A stretch of DNA of 64,000 nucleotides from Acidimicrobiales bacterium (GCA_052326605.1 JBKQMB010000044.1:862-64861); one strand, 5' to 3'. Shown: positions 54,211 to 63,341, numbered from the stretch's first letter. Notes: generated from the letters alone by a model not told the origin. Made by a program: numbers and translations.

Positions 54211-56331
54211 GTGGAACGCCTGTCCCAGAGAGCACGCCGCATACGCCGACAGCGCCTACGGGCGATCGCCATCGCCGCCCTGGCCGTCCTCCTCGTCGGT
54301 GGCATCGCATTCGCGTCGTGCTCGGGTGGGCCGTCCACCTCGTCGGCCACCACCACCTCCCCGGCACCGGCCCAGGCGACCTCCGGTCACAAGGCCTCCA
54401 CCGCGGGCGGTCCGGCCTCGATCGAAGCCGGTGTCGAGCCCTGGCAGCTGGGCGCACCCCTGTCACGCGAAGCGGTGGCGGCCCACGGGACCGGGCTGAC
54501 CGTTCTCGGCGGCATCACCCCCTCGGGTACCTCGCTGGCCACCGTCTCCACGATCAGCCCCGCCAGCGGGGCCATCGCCACAGCGACGGCTCTGGCCACG
54601 CCGGTGCACGATGCCGCGGCCGTGGCCCTCGGGCGCACCACCTATGTGGTCGGCGGCGGTTCGCCCGACACCGTGGCCACCGTGCAGTCCCTGCCTACGC
54701 CGGCCGTCCCGCCCGCGACGGGTGGCACGGGGACGGTGGCGGGCCAGCTCCCCCAGCCCCGCTCGGACCTTGCCATCGCCACCATCCCGGCCCGGACCGG
54801 GGGACGCACGGCGACCACCGCCTACGTCGTCGGCGGCTACAACGGCACCACCTATCTGCCGGGCGTCCTGTCCACGACCGACGGCACCCACTTCGCCACG
54901 GTGGCCACCCTGCCCGTTGCCGTCCGCTACCCCGCCGTCGTGGCCGACGGCGGGTTGGTCTACGCCTTCGGGGGCCAGACGGTGTCCGCCGGGTCCGCCA
55001 CCACCGCCACCGACGACATCCAGGTGGTCGATCCGGTGACCCACAGGGCCAGCGTCGTCGGCCACCTTCCCCAGGCGCTCTATGGTGCCGCGGCCTTCCT
55101 CATCGGCGGCACCATCTACGTGGCCGGGGGCCAGGTCCCCGCAGGTCCGACCCTGACCCAGATCACCGCGTTCGTGCCGTCGTCGCACAAGGTCCTGGAT
55201 GCAGGCCTCCTGCCCCAGGCAGACGCCTTCGCCGGATACGCCACGGTGGGATCCTCCGGCAGCGCCGTCGGCTACATGGTGGGGGGCGAAGTCACCGGCC
55301 AGTCCGGCAACGACCAGGCCGGCGTGGCCTCCGGATCACTCCGGACGGTCATCTCCCTCCGTCCCAGCCGGTACGGGGGGCCGGCCGGCAGCCCGGGAGC
55401 CGGTGCGCCCTTCGCTGGCACACTGCTCATCGCCGACCGGGGCAACGACCGCCTGCTGGCCCTCGACCCTGCCCGGAGCATCACCTGGCAGTACCCCTCG
55501 GCCACCATGCCTCCGCCGCCCGGTGGCTTCTACTTCCCGGACGACGCGTTCTTCATCAAGGGCGGGACCGGGATCATCTCCAACCAGGAGGACAACCACA
55601 CCATCGTGGAGATCGGCTATCCGTCGGGGAAGATCCTGTGGCAGTACGGGCATCCCGGCCAGTCCGGCTCGGCACCCGGCTACCTCAATCAACCCGACGA
55701 CGCCTACCTGCTCAAGTCCGGCACCATCACCGTCGCCGACGCGTCGAACAACCGCATCCTGTTCATCTCGCCGCAGGGCCAGGTCACCGGTCAGATCGGC
55801 AATGGGGTGGACGCCCACAACCCACCGACGTCGATCGCCTACCCCAATGGTGACACCCCGCTCGCAAACGGTGATGTGCTGGTGTCGGAGATCAACGGCT
55901 CGTGGATCGACGAGTACACCCCCACGGGAACACTGGTGTGGACGGTGCACATACCCACCGTCAACTACCCCTCGGACCCCCAACAGCTCGCCTCCGACCT
56001 CTACCTCATGACCGACTACGACCCCCCGGCAGAGGGCCGGATCCTCGAATTCACCCGGACCGGCCAGGTGACCTGGCTCTACGACGCGACGTCAGGCGAC
56101 GCCATGCTGAAGAAGCCCTCGCTGGCCGAGCGGCTGCCCAACGGCCTGATCATGGTCAACGACGACTACCGCAACCGGGTGGTGGTCATCGACCCGGCCA
56201 CCTACTCCATCGTCTGGCAGTACGGCATCACCGACGTGTCGGGCACGGCTCCTGGCCTGGTGTCGATCCCGGACGGCTTCGACCTGCTCGAGGCAAACGG
56301 CACCACTCCCACGCACCCCCAGACCGGCTAG
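54211..56331 (+). CDS. N-terminally anchored or secreted protein with Kelch-like repeats followed by an NHL/ASST-like beta-propeller region
   Basis: TM or signal segment (AIAIAALAVLLVGGIAF). Kelch-type GG motifs (TYVVGGG, AYVVGGYNG, VYAFGGQ, IYVAGGQ). The C-terminal half has repeated motifs (ADRGNDRLLALD, ADASNNRILFIS, NDDYRNRVVVID). Confidence 0.8.
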   Translation: MERLSQRARRIRRQRLRAIAIAALAVLLVGGIAFASCSGGPSTSSATTTSPAPAQATSGHKASTAGGPASIEAGVEPWQLGAPLSREAVAAHGTGLTVLGGITPSGTSLATVSTISPASGAIATATALATPVHDAAAVALGRTTYVVGGGSPDTVATVQSLPTPAVPPATGGTGTVAGQLPQPRSDLAIATIPARTGGRTATTAYVVGGYNGTTYLPGVLSTTDGTHFATVATLPVAVRYPAVVADGGLVYAFGGQTVSAGSATTATDDIQVVDPVTHRASVVGHLPQALYGAAAFLIGGTIYVAGGQVPAGPTLTQITAFVPSSHKVLDAGLLPQADAFAGYATVGSSGSAVGYMVGGEVTGQSGNDQAGVASGSLRTVISLRPSRYGGPAGSPGAGAPFAGTLLIADRGNDRLLALDPARSITWQYPSATMPPPPGGFYFPDDAFFIKGGTGIISNQEDNHTIVEIGYPSGKILWQYGHPGQSGSAPGYLNQPDDAYLLKSGTITVADASNNRILFISPQGQVTGQIGNGVDAHNPPTSIAYPNGDTPLANGDVLVSEINGSWIDEYTPTGTLVWTVHIPTVNYPSDPQQLASDLYLMTDYDPPAEGRILEFTRTGQVTWLYDATSGDAMLKKPSLAERLPNGLIMVNDDYRNRVVVIDPATYSIVWQYGITDVSGTAPGLVSIPDGFDLLEANGTTPTHPQTG

Positions 56332-57116
56332 ACCCCGGACTCGGGATCCGACCGGCGTTGTTCCGCCGGGCGGCTCTCCGCGGGCAGCGACCCTGGGTCG
56401 GGGGACGGCCGGGCCATGTCGGCGAACTCGGTTGCCAGCCGCCGCCGTTCCCGCCGCTTCATGATCAAGCGGATCACGATCGCCACCACGATGACGGCAC
56501 CGACCACCGCCAGCGACCAGAGGCCCACCGACTTGAGGATGCGCTCGAAGGAGACCCCGACGAGGTATCCGAGCAGGGTGTAGCCCACGCCCCAGACCAA
56601 CCCGCCGGCGGCGTTGTAAGCGAGGAACACCCGGTAGCGCAGGCCGCTCATGCCGGCCAGCCCGGGGATGACGGCCCGGGCGAACGCCACGAAGCGACCG
56701 AGGAAAACTGCGGGGCCCCCGTAGCGCTCGAGCATGGCAATGGACTGCCTAACGCCGGCGTTGCCCTTGAGCGGCCGCCGTGCGAGCAGCCACGGCCCGG
56801 ACTTCTTGCCGATCTCGAATCCGACCGAGTCGCCGGCGATGGCGCACACCACGACCACCGCCATCATCACCCCGAGGTTGACGCGGCCGAGCCCGGCCAG
56901 CACCCCCCCGATTACCACCGCCGTCTCTCCCGGGATGAAGAACCCGATCATCACCCCGGCCTCGGCGAAGGCCAGGAGCCCAACCACCGCATAGGCGGCG
57001 GGCCCGTGGAAGTGGAGCAGCCATCCGGTCACTCCCCCGGGGTTGGTCTGGTTGGACGACGCCGCCAGCAGTGGGCCCGCACCGAGCCGGGCCATGATCG
57101 GCACCTTCAGGCCCAC
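56328..57116 (-). CDS. DedA-family membrane protein
   Basis: AEAGVMIGFFIPGETAVVIGGVLA...AGDSVGFEIGKK is typical of the DedA/SNARE-associated family. A start at ATG 57095 is possible. Confidence 0.85.
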   Translation of the reverse strand: MGLKVPIMARLGAGPLLAASSNQTNPGGVTGWLLHFHGPAAYAVVGLLAFAEAGVMIGFFIPGETAVVIGGVLAGLGRVNLGVMMAVVVVCAIAGDSVGFEIGKKSGPWLLARRPLKGNAGVRQSIAMLERYGGPAVFLGRFVAFARAVIPGLAGMSGLRYRVFLAYNAAGGLVWGVGYTLLGYLVGVSFERILKSVGLWSLAVVGAVIVVAIVIRLIMKRRERRRLATEFADMARPSPDPGSLPAESRPAEQRRSDPESGV

Positions 57117-57168
57117 GTCGAACTCGGGAGCCGCCCACCGGATCGACTGCTCACCGGGGACCCGGTCT

Positions 57169-57552
57169 TCACCTCGACAGGGTCACGCTTGTCCACGCTC
57201 GGCGGCGACACGCCGGACAGGTCATCCGTCGGTCAAAGGTGCGTCCGGGCAGCCAGACGCCGACGGGGAACTGCAGCACCGCAAATTCGAAGAGGCCCAC
57301 CCGGCTGACCGAGCCACAGGTGGAACATGCCACGGTCAGGATCCCCCGTTGCGGCAGTGGTTCGGCTGCGGTGGCCGTCGACGTGGACCGCTCCTTCTCG
57401 CCGGCCGGGGTCGCCGCCGAATACAGGGCGTGCTTGCCGGCGGGGCGGGCATGACGGGTTGCGGCACTCGACCGGGGGTGGGCCTGCGCCTCTGCCCGCC
57501 CGACGGAGGGAGCGTCGTCCTCGCCACCGGCCGCCTGGGCCTCGACGGGCAT
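57169..57552 (-). CDS. Hypothetical small protein with a C-terminal Cys4 (CSTCG...CPAC) motif
   Basis: The ATG at 57552 lies 44 nt downstream of the ParA-like stop, on the same strand. The N-terminal half is low complexity. The upstream part of the maximal 254-aa ORF overlaps parA and was rejected. Confidence 0.4.
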   Translation of the reverse strand: MPVEAQAAGGEDDAPSVGRAEAQAHPRSSAATRHARPAGKHALYSAATPAGEKERSTSTATAAEPLPQRGILTVACSTCGSVSRVGLFEFAVLQFPVGVWLPGRTFDRRMTCPACRRRAWTSVTLSR

Positions 57553-57596
57553 CCAGAACAGCGCCCGCTTGCCGAGCGGGTCGGGTCCGTCGGCCA

Positions 57597-58382
57597 CTAC
57601 CCGACGGTGCCGGAGACCGCGCTCATCTCGAGCAGGGTGCGGGCCAATTGGCGATAGGCGTTCGCCCCTGGCGAGGTGGGGGCATGCTGGAGGATCGACT
57701 TGCCCCGGGCCGGGGCCTCGGCGAATCGGATCGACTTGCGCACCGGCGGCTGCAGCACCGGGATCCCATACCTGGCCTCGACCTCTTCCATAATGTGTCG
57801 AGAGTGCCTGGTCCGGTCGTCGTACATGGTGGCGATGATCCCCCTCACCGTGAGGTCGCTGTTGGCGAAGGCCCGCACGTCCTCGATGGTCTCGAGCAGT
57901 TGGCCGACCCCACGGTGGGATAGAGCCTCGCACTGCAGGGGGATCAGCACCGAATTGGCGGCTGTCAGCCCGTTGATGGTCAGCACGCCGAGCGAGGGCG
58001 GGCAGTCGATGAGGACGAGGTCGTACCGGTCCAACACGGGCTCCAACGCCCGCTCGAGCACGTGCTCACGGCCGGTGCGGGTGAGCAGATGCACTTCCGA
58101 CCCGGCCAGGTCGATGGTGGCCGGCAGAAGGTCGAGCCCGGGGACGCCCGGCACCGGGCAGGCGACGTCGGAGACACTTTCCCGACGGACGAAGACGTCG
58201 TGCAGGGAGCGGTCGAGCGCGTCGGGGTCGAGCCCGAGGGAGAAGGTCAGACAGGCCTGGGGGTCGAGGTCGACCACCAGGACCCTCCGGCCGAGCTCCG
58301 CCGATGCCACGCCGAGCGAGTGGACGGTGGTGGTCTTGGCCACTCCGCCCTTCTGGTTGGCCACGGCCAGTACGTCGGTCAC
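57597..58382 (-). CDS. ParA/Soj-family ATPase
   Basis: Deviant Walker A (NQKGGVAKTTT), then VLVVDLDPQA and LIDCPPSLG. No parB is visible in the window. Confidence 0.93.
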   Translation of the reverse strand: MTDVLAVANQKGGVAKTTTVHSLGVASAELGRRVLVVDLDPQACLTFSLGLDPDALDRSLHDVFVRRESVSDVACPVPGVPGLDLLPATIDLAGSEVHLLTRTGREHVLERALEPVLDRYDLVLIDCPPSLGVLTINGLTAANSVLIPLQCEALSHRGVGQLLETIEDVRAFANSDLTVRGIIATMYDDRTRHSRHIMEEVEARYGIPVLQPPVRKSIRFAEAPARGKSILQHAPTSPGANAYRQLARTLLEMSAVSGTVG

Positions 58383-58422
58383 GTGCGGAGTCTACGCCCG
58401 GCGACGGCGATCACAATTGGGG

Positions 58423-59166
58423 TCAGAACCCGGCCATGCCGACGATCGGCCGGTTGAGGGGCGAGCCACCCATCGAGCCCAGGAACGGTGCGCTGAAACT
58501 GAAGATCCCCCCGTCGGAGGCGGCGAACCGATAGCCGCTGCCGTTGGCCGTCTCCGCCATGCCCACGACGGGCGCAGCCAGGGGTCGGCCACCGGTCGAG
58601 CCGAAGAACGGGGCACCGCCGAAGGAGAAGACGCCGCCATCGGAGGCCACCTCCCAGTACCCGCCGGTATTGGTATCGTTGGCCGTGCCCACGACCGGCC
58701 TGTTCAGGACGCGATCGCCCATCGAACCGGCGAACGGCGCATCGCCGAACGAGAAGATCCCCCCGTCGGAAGCGACCAGGCGGTAGCCGTTCCCGTCGGT
58801 GGCGGTCGAGATGCCCACCACCGGCTTGTTGAGGTGATCGCCACCCATCGACCCGTAGAAGCCGGCGTCACCGAAGGCGAAGATGCCGCCGTCGGAGGCG
58901 ACCTCCCAGTACCCCTTGCCGTCCGGCGTGGCCGCCATGCCCACAATCGGCTGGTTCAGGTGGCGGCCGCCCATCGATCCGTAGAAACCGGCGCCGCCGA
59001 AGGCGAAGATGCCGCCGTCGGAGGCGACCTCCCAGTACCCTCCGGTGCTCGGCGCCATGGCGATGCCCACGACAGGGGCGTTGAGGTCGATGTTGCCGGT
59101 GGAGCCGCAGAAGGGGGCCCCGCCGAAGGAGAAGATGCCCCCGTCGGAGGCGGCCAGTTCGTACCC
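58423..59166 (-). repeat. 6 x 126-bp in-frame tandem repeat (GYWEVASDGGIFAFGxAxFxGSMGGxxLNxPVVGMA module; the last unit is shortened)
   Basis: Read directly from the translation. Units start at GYELAASDGGIFSFGG and recur every 42 aa to the C-terminus. Confidence 0.9.
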
Positions 59167-60753
59167 GGTGCCGGCCGCCGCCGGCACCGAGCAGGCCGGG
59201 ATCGACCCCGGGGCCGGGGTCCCGCCCGCATCACCGGTGAGCTGGGGATCGTGGTGGAACATGGGCCAGGCACTCCCCCCGACGGCCTCGGCGGGGTTCA
59301 GGCCCGAGATCTCGTAGTGGTCGATCCTCCCCACGGCGGGCGAGTTGGGGCCGCCCGAGGGGATGTAGCCGGCCAGCGTGATCCCGATCGTCCCGTTCGG
59401 GTCCGCGGTGATCAAGGGCGAGTTCTGCAGTCCGAGGTCCTGGCTCAGATAGGCAATCTGGGTGCCGGTCCTGGCATCGAACACGTAGGCGCCGTTGGTG
59501 GTGGGGACGATGATGTCGTCGTACCCGGCGCCGGTGAGATCGGCGGTCACCACCGAGCCGATCACCCGCCCCAAGCCTGTGGCCTTCCACAGTGTCGCTC
59601 CGGTGGCGGCGTCGAGGACCCAGACCGACCCCGACGAGCCCTGGCCCATATCGGTACCCTCGACCACCTGGAGCGACCCGTTGCCCAGCACGTCCGACAG
59701 CGCCGGCGACGAGAAGGTGCTGCCGTCGAGATGGGCCGACCACTTCAGCTGGCAGTGGGTGTCGTACGCCTTCACGGCATCGGTGTCCGAAGCGCCCGGG
59801 AAGTAGGCGCCGGTGCCCACCACGATGCCCGTCGCCCCGCCGGGGAGGAATCCGCCCACTGCCGGCGAGGAGTCCACTGTCTGGTTGGTGTCGGCCCGGC
59901 ATATCTGGTTGCCCTGGGCGCTGAAGATCCGAAGATGGCCCCCGTCGGTGTAGGACTGGCCCTGGCCGGTGCCGGCGGTCTGGTCCCCACCGACGGCGAT
60001 CTCGGGTTGGCCGGTGCCGTACAGGTCGGCCACGGCCGCGGTGGAGTGGGTGCTGTCGGAGTTGAAGAACGGCCAGCCGGTCAGCGTGGCACCGCTCTGG
60101 CCGGACAGTGCGTAGGCGTTCTGGCCCAGGGATCCGGCAACGATGTCCGGACCACCGGCCTGCAGGTTCCCCACGGTCAGGCCGGCCTGCACCCCGGTGT
60201 CCGGCGCGGCATCGCTCGGCGGATCGACCGCCGGGGTGAACCACTGCTGCGAGCCGCTCGGGCCGAACGCCTGGTAGCCGCCCGTGGTCGGGTCGGCATC
60301 GTTCCCCGATCCGACGAACACCGACGTTGCGCCGCCTGCGGACGGGGCGACGGAAGGGGTCGAGTCGATGGGGCCGCTCCCGTCAGTGGTCGGCCACCCG
60401 GCCACCGGGGTCGGAGCGGGCAGCGGGGGCGGCGTGCCGGCAGGAGCAGCCAGGTCGAAGGCGTAGAGGTAGCCCCGCCTGTCCCCCACAACGACCGATG
60501 GCTGGCCCTTGAGGGTGGCCGGTATCGGCGACGACTCGGCGATGGGCGACCCCGTGTCCGGTAGCGGACCGGTCGACCAGGTCTCATTCCAGGTCGGAGG
60601 CGCGAAATTGTGGCTCGACACGGGCTGGGAGTGGCTCGCCGGGGCCGCTGCGGCCGGGGCAGCCGGGCTCACGGCGCCCACCAGGAACGACGCGCCCAGC
60701 AGAGCGGCCAGCGCGGTGGCAACTCGGGCCGCCGATCGGCGGTGCCGACGCAC
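58423..60753 (-). CDS. Secreted protein: FG-GAP/PQQ-like beta-propeller region plus six C-terminal 42-aa ASDGG-type repeats
   Basis: Signal peptide (VATALAALLGASFLVGAVSPAAPAAAA). The N-terminal part has repeated hydrophobic-G-x-x-x-G...Y-A-x-D strands. The C-terminal six repeats belong to the same family as those in 9049..10641. Confidence 0.85.
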   Translation of the reverse strand: MRRHRRSAARVATALAALLGASFLVGAVSPAAPAAAAPASHSQPVSSHNFAPPTWNETWSTGPLPDTGSPIAESSPIPATLKGQPSVVVGDRRGYLYAFDLAAPAGTPPPLPAPTPVAGWPTTDGSGPIDSTPSVAPSAGGATSVFVGSGNDADPTTGGYQAFGPSGSQQWFTPAVDPPSDAAPDTGVQAGLTVGNLQAGGPDIVAGSLGQNAYALSGQSGATLTGWPFFNSDSTHSTAAVADLYGTGQPEIAVGGDQTAGTGQGQSYTDGGHLRIFSAQGNQICRADTNQTVDSSPAVGGFLPGGATGIVVGTGAYFPGASDTDAVKAYDTHCQLKWSAHLDGSTFSSPALSDVLGNGSLQVVEGTDMGQGSSGSVWVLDAATGATLWKATGLGRVIGSVVTADLTGAGYDDIIVPTTNGAYVFDARTGTQIAYLSQDLGLQNSPLITADPNGTIGITLAGYIPSGGPNSPAVGRIDHYEISGLNPAEAVGGSAWPMFHHDPQLTGDAGGTPAPGSIPACSVPAAAGTGYELAASDGGIFSFGGAPFCGSTGNIDLNAPVVGIAMAPSTGGYWEVASDGGIFAFGGAGFYGSMGGRHLNQPIVGMAATPDGKGYWEVASDGGIFAFGDAGFYGSMGGDHLNKPVVGISTATDGNGYRLVASDGGIFSFGDAPFAGSMGDRVLNRPVVGTANDTNTGGYWEVASDGGVFSFGGAPFFGSTGGRPLAAPVVGMAETANGSGYRFAASDGGIFSFSAPFLGSMGGSPLNRPIVGMAGF

Positions 60754-60948
60754 CGGTCCCTGCGCCCCGAGCGCAGCCCCGGTCCAGAGAGGTTTCGATC
60801 CGCACAGTTCGATCCGTTCACACTATGCGGTCCCCAGGGTGCGAACGAACTCGCCCCCACGGCTCCGCCCATCAATTCACCCACCGGGGCGGGCCCGGTC
60901 GCCGGTCGAGGCCCCCTGCCGGGGTCGGGCGGGCCGTCGGCCGGCCTT

Positions 60949-61410
60949 TCAGCGACCCGGCGGTCTCGATGCGACCGGGCCCGCCCCGGGCGGAGGCGCA
61001 GAGGCAGGCGCCAGCCGACGGCCTGTGACGACGTCGGTCCGGATCCGCACGATCCGGTGGCCTGGCTCTCTCACGGCAGGCTCCGGGAAGTGCTCCGGCA
61101 GGTGCCCGCCGTGTTCCCCGTCGTCCTCGATGGCCAGGCCACGAACCAGCACGCTCCAGGCACGGCCGGCATCGACCCCGTCCACCTGGAGGGCGATCAG
61201 CCGGGCTCCTTCCACCCGCTCGAAGAGGCCCTCACCGATCCGGATCACCACGTCGGAGCCGTCCGCCGCATAGTTCACTGGCAACACCAGGGGAGCTCCG
61301 TCCGCGGCGATGCCGATGTGGCCATGGAGCCCCTGTTTCGCACCCAGCGCCAGGAGGCGGTGACACTCGGCCGGGTCCAGGACCTCTGATCCTCGCTCAT
61401 CGATCCACAT
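60949..61410 (-). CDS. Pyridoxamine 5'-phosphate oxidase family protein
   Basis: LDPAECHRLL...GHIGIAADGAPLVLPVNYAADGSDVVIRIGEG...WSVLVRGLA fits the PNPOx-like split-barrel family. The start is taken at ATG 61410. The maximal ORF reaches 61491. Confidence 0.75.
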   Translation of the reverse strand: MWIDERGSEVLDPAECHRLLALGAKQGLHGHIGIAADGAPLVLPVNYAADGSDVVIRIGEGLFERVEGARLIALQVDGVDAGRAWSVLVRGLAIEDDGEHGGHLPEHFPEPAVREPGHRIVRIRTDVVTGRRLAPASAPPPGAGPVASRPPGR

Positions 61411-61655
61411 GAGCACCATTGTCGACCAGGCCATCCACCGACGCCAGTGCCGAAATCCCCAATCTGCCGGCAGCCGGCGGCCGAATGCCAATCGGTCAAT
61501 TGGGACTTTCGGCCCCAGGCACCGTCAGGACGCCTCCGTAACTGCCCGGAAAGGGAGATGATGAGACCGAGCGTGTCTCATGGGTTCGCCCGCTAGCAGA
61601 CGGGGGTACACCATGGCACTGGGTCTGGATCTCGACTAGCTCGAGCGATCGGCCA

Positions 61656-61665
61656 GGGGGGGGGG
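61656..61665 (+). repeat. G10 homopolymer tract (a C7 tract follows at 61807-61813)
   Basis: Counted directly in the sequence. Both tracts lie in the apparently non-coding 5' region of the ferritin-like gene. Confidence 0.9.
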
Positions 61666-61836
61666 AGTTCGACCTGGGTTGGCTTCGCGACACCGACTCG
61701 GAATGGGGGGTCCGGGCCAAGCCGGGCAAGACGGGCCTCACGTTGCGCGACATCGCCATCGGCTCCTACGGCGAGGTTCCCGACCACGCTCCTCTGCGGA
61801 CGATGGCCCCCCCGGGGCTCCGACATCGATCCCGAC

Positions 61837-62574
61837 GTGCCGGACATGGGGTACACCGTCAACGACAAGTCCGAGGTGTGGTCGGACAACCTCCACGACC
61901 TCTACGAGAAGGCGGTGAGCCGCCAGTGGAGCGCCACTCGGGACATCCCGTGGGGCGACCTGCCCGAGCTCGACCCGGACATCGAGCAGGCCATGTGCCA
62001 GTTGGCGACCGTGCTCTCCGAGGTCGAGATGGTGGCGTCCGACTTCCCCGCCAAGTGGCTGTGGCGCATCAACCACGACTACGTGGAAGCCAAGATGCTC
62101 CTCTGCACCCAGGTGATGGACGAGGCCCGCCACACCGAGGTGTACGCCAAGCGTGCGCGGGCCAACGGTGGCGGGCTCGGGCGGGCGTCGGCGGTGGTCG
62201 AGCGCTTCTTGCAGCTCATCCTCGACGCGCAGAGCTGCGACGAGAGCTCGGCGCTGATGCACCTGCTCGGCGAGGGCATCGTGCTCTCCCTGTTCCGCGC
62301 CGGCGAGGCCATCGCCCCCTCACCGCTGGAGCAGCAAGTCTTCCGGCTCTGCATGCAGGTCGAGGCCAGGCACGATGCCTGCGGCTCGATGCTCTGGCGG
62401 GAGCCGGGTGGCGAATGGGGCTGCAGCTCGTGCCGGACGACCGGTGACGAGGGCGCCCATCACGCTTCGTGTCCCAAGGTGTGCAAGGCGGCCCGGCTCG
62501 CCGCCCGCCCGCCCGTCGTCGGAACACTCCGATGGCACGGCCTCAGGCCACCACCCCATGGTGCGCGCCGATGA
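61837..62574 (+). CDS. Ferritin-like / diiron-oxygenase-like protein, possibly frameshifted at the 5' end and degenerate at the 3' end
   Basis: Helical ExxH-type motifs (VMDEARHTEVY; MQVEARHDA). The last ~55 aa are Cys/Arg/Gly-rich, look non-native, and overlap the convergent cupin gene by 32 nt. See the finding for this region. Confidence 0.55.
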   Translation: MPDMGYTVNDKSEVWSDNLHDLYEKAVSRQWSATRDIPWGDLPELDPDIEQAMCQLATVLSEVEMVASDFPAKWLWRINHDYVEAKMLLCTQVMDEARHTEVYAKRARANGGGLGRASAVVERFLQLILDAQSCDESSALMHLLGEGIVLSLFRAGEAIAPSPLEQQVFRLCMQVEARHDACGSMLWREPGGEWGCSSCRTTGDEGAHHASCPKVCKAARLAARPPVVGTLRWHGLRPPPHGARR

Positions 62575-63085
62575 GGGTGACGGCGACGACCGCAGGCACA
62601 TCTCCGGCATTCGACCAGCGGTGGCGCGTGCCGTTCTGGATGTAGGTGTCGCCTGGATTCAGCGCGACCTTCGCCCCGTCGTCGAGCTCGAGGGTGGCCT
62701 GTCCTGACAGCACGACTCCGTAGTCGATCGTGGCCGTGGTGTGCATGCCAGGGTCATCACGATCGAAGTGGCCCGCCGCTCCCGGGAGCTTCTGCTCGAT
62801 CTCCGCGACGGCTGCCTCCACATCGATGTCCGCCGGGACGCCGCTCCCCCCGTCGGGAGGGATGGTGAAGAACCCGAATCGGAATCCGCCCAGCGGTGGA
62901 AAGTACGTCCTCGCCTCCGGCCTCGAACCATCGTCGGGGAAGGTGCGGGTCGAATCCGCCCCCCAGACCTGGTGGAACTCACTGCCGGGCATCAGGGCCA
63001 GTGTCACCGGCGCCACCCGATCGTCACTGACGAAGACCGAATTGCCGTCGGCACCGTGCCCGGTGGCCACTCGCCGAATGTCCAT
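62543..63085 (-). CDS. Cupin domain protein
   Basis: MDIRRVATGHGADGNSVFVSDD...MHTTATIDYGVVLSGQATLELDDG...PGDTYIQNGTRHRWSN is a typical small cupin. The ATG is at 63085. Confidence 0.75.
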   Translation of the reverse strand: MDIRRVATGHGADGNSVFVSDDRVAPVTLALMPGSEFHQVWGADSTRTFPDDGSRPEARTYFPPLGGFRFGFFTIPPDGGSGVPADIDVEAAVAEIEQKLPGAAGHFDRDDPGMHTTATIDYGVVLSGQATLELDDGAKVALNPGDTYIQNGTRHRWSNAGDVPAVVAVTLIGAHHGVVA

Positions 63086-63341
63086 GCTGCCTCCTCGGGT
63101 CGGCTGCCCCTTCGCCCCGAACGGGCAGCCGAGCAGTAGCCACCGCACTCGGCGAACGAACGGCATGCCGTCCGGGGACCGTGCTAATGCCCGGGACGCT
63201 ACACCGCCGGAGGAATCCACGGCTGGGTCAACGTCCGCCGGTTGCGCCCGGTGCAGGGGGCGATGTTACCGACCCCGCACCGCCGGGTCCAGGTGTCCGC
63301 CCGGGTGGGCGAGGTCCGTCGGAGCGGCTCGACGGGGTTGG

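Noticed and set aside
54033-55853. 606-aa plus-strand ORF in an alternative frame of the Kelch/NHL gene
   Set aside because: Its translation is Arg/Pro/Gly/His-rich with no domain signatures. The overlapping frame 54211..56331 has a signal/TM segment and clear repeat motifs.
57676-60564. 962-aa plus-strand ORF
   Set aside because: It is antisense to the ParA-like gene and the secreted FG-GAP/ASDGG-repeat gene. Its apparent internal repeats are just the mirror image of the real coding repeats.
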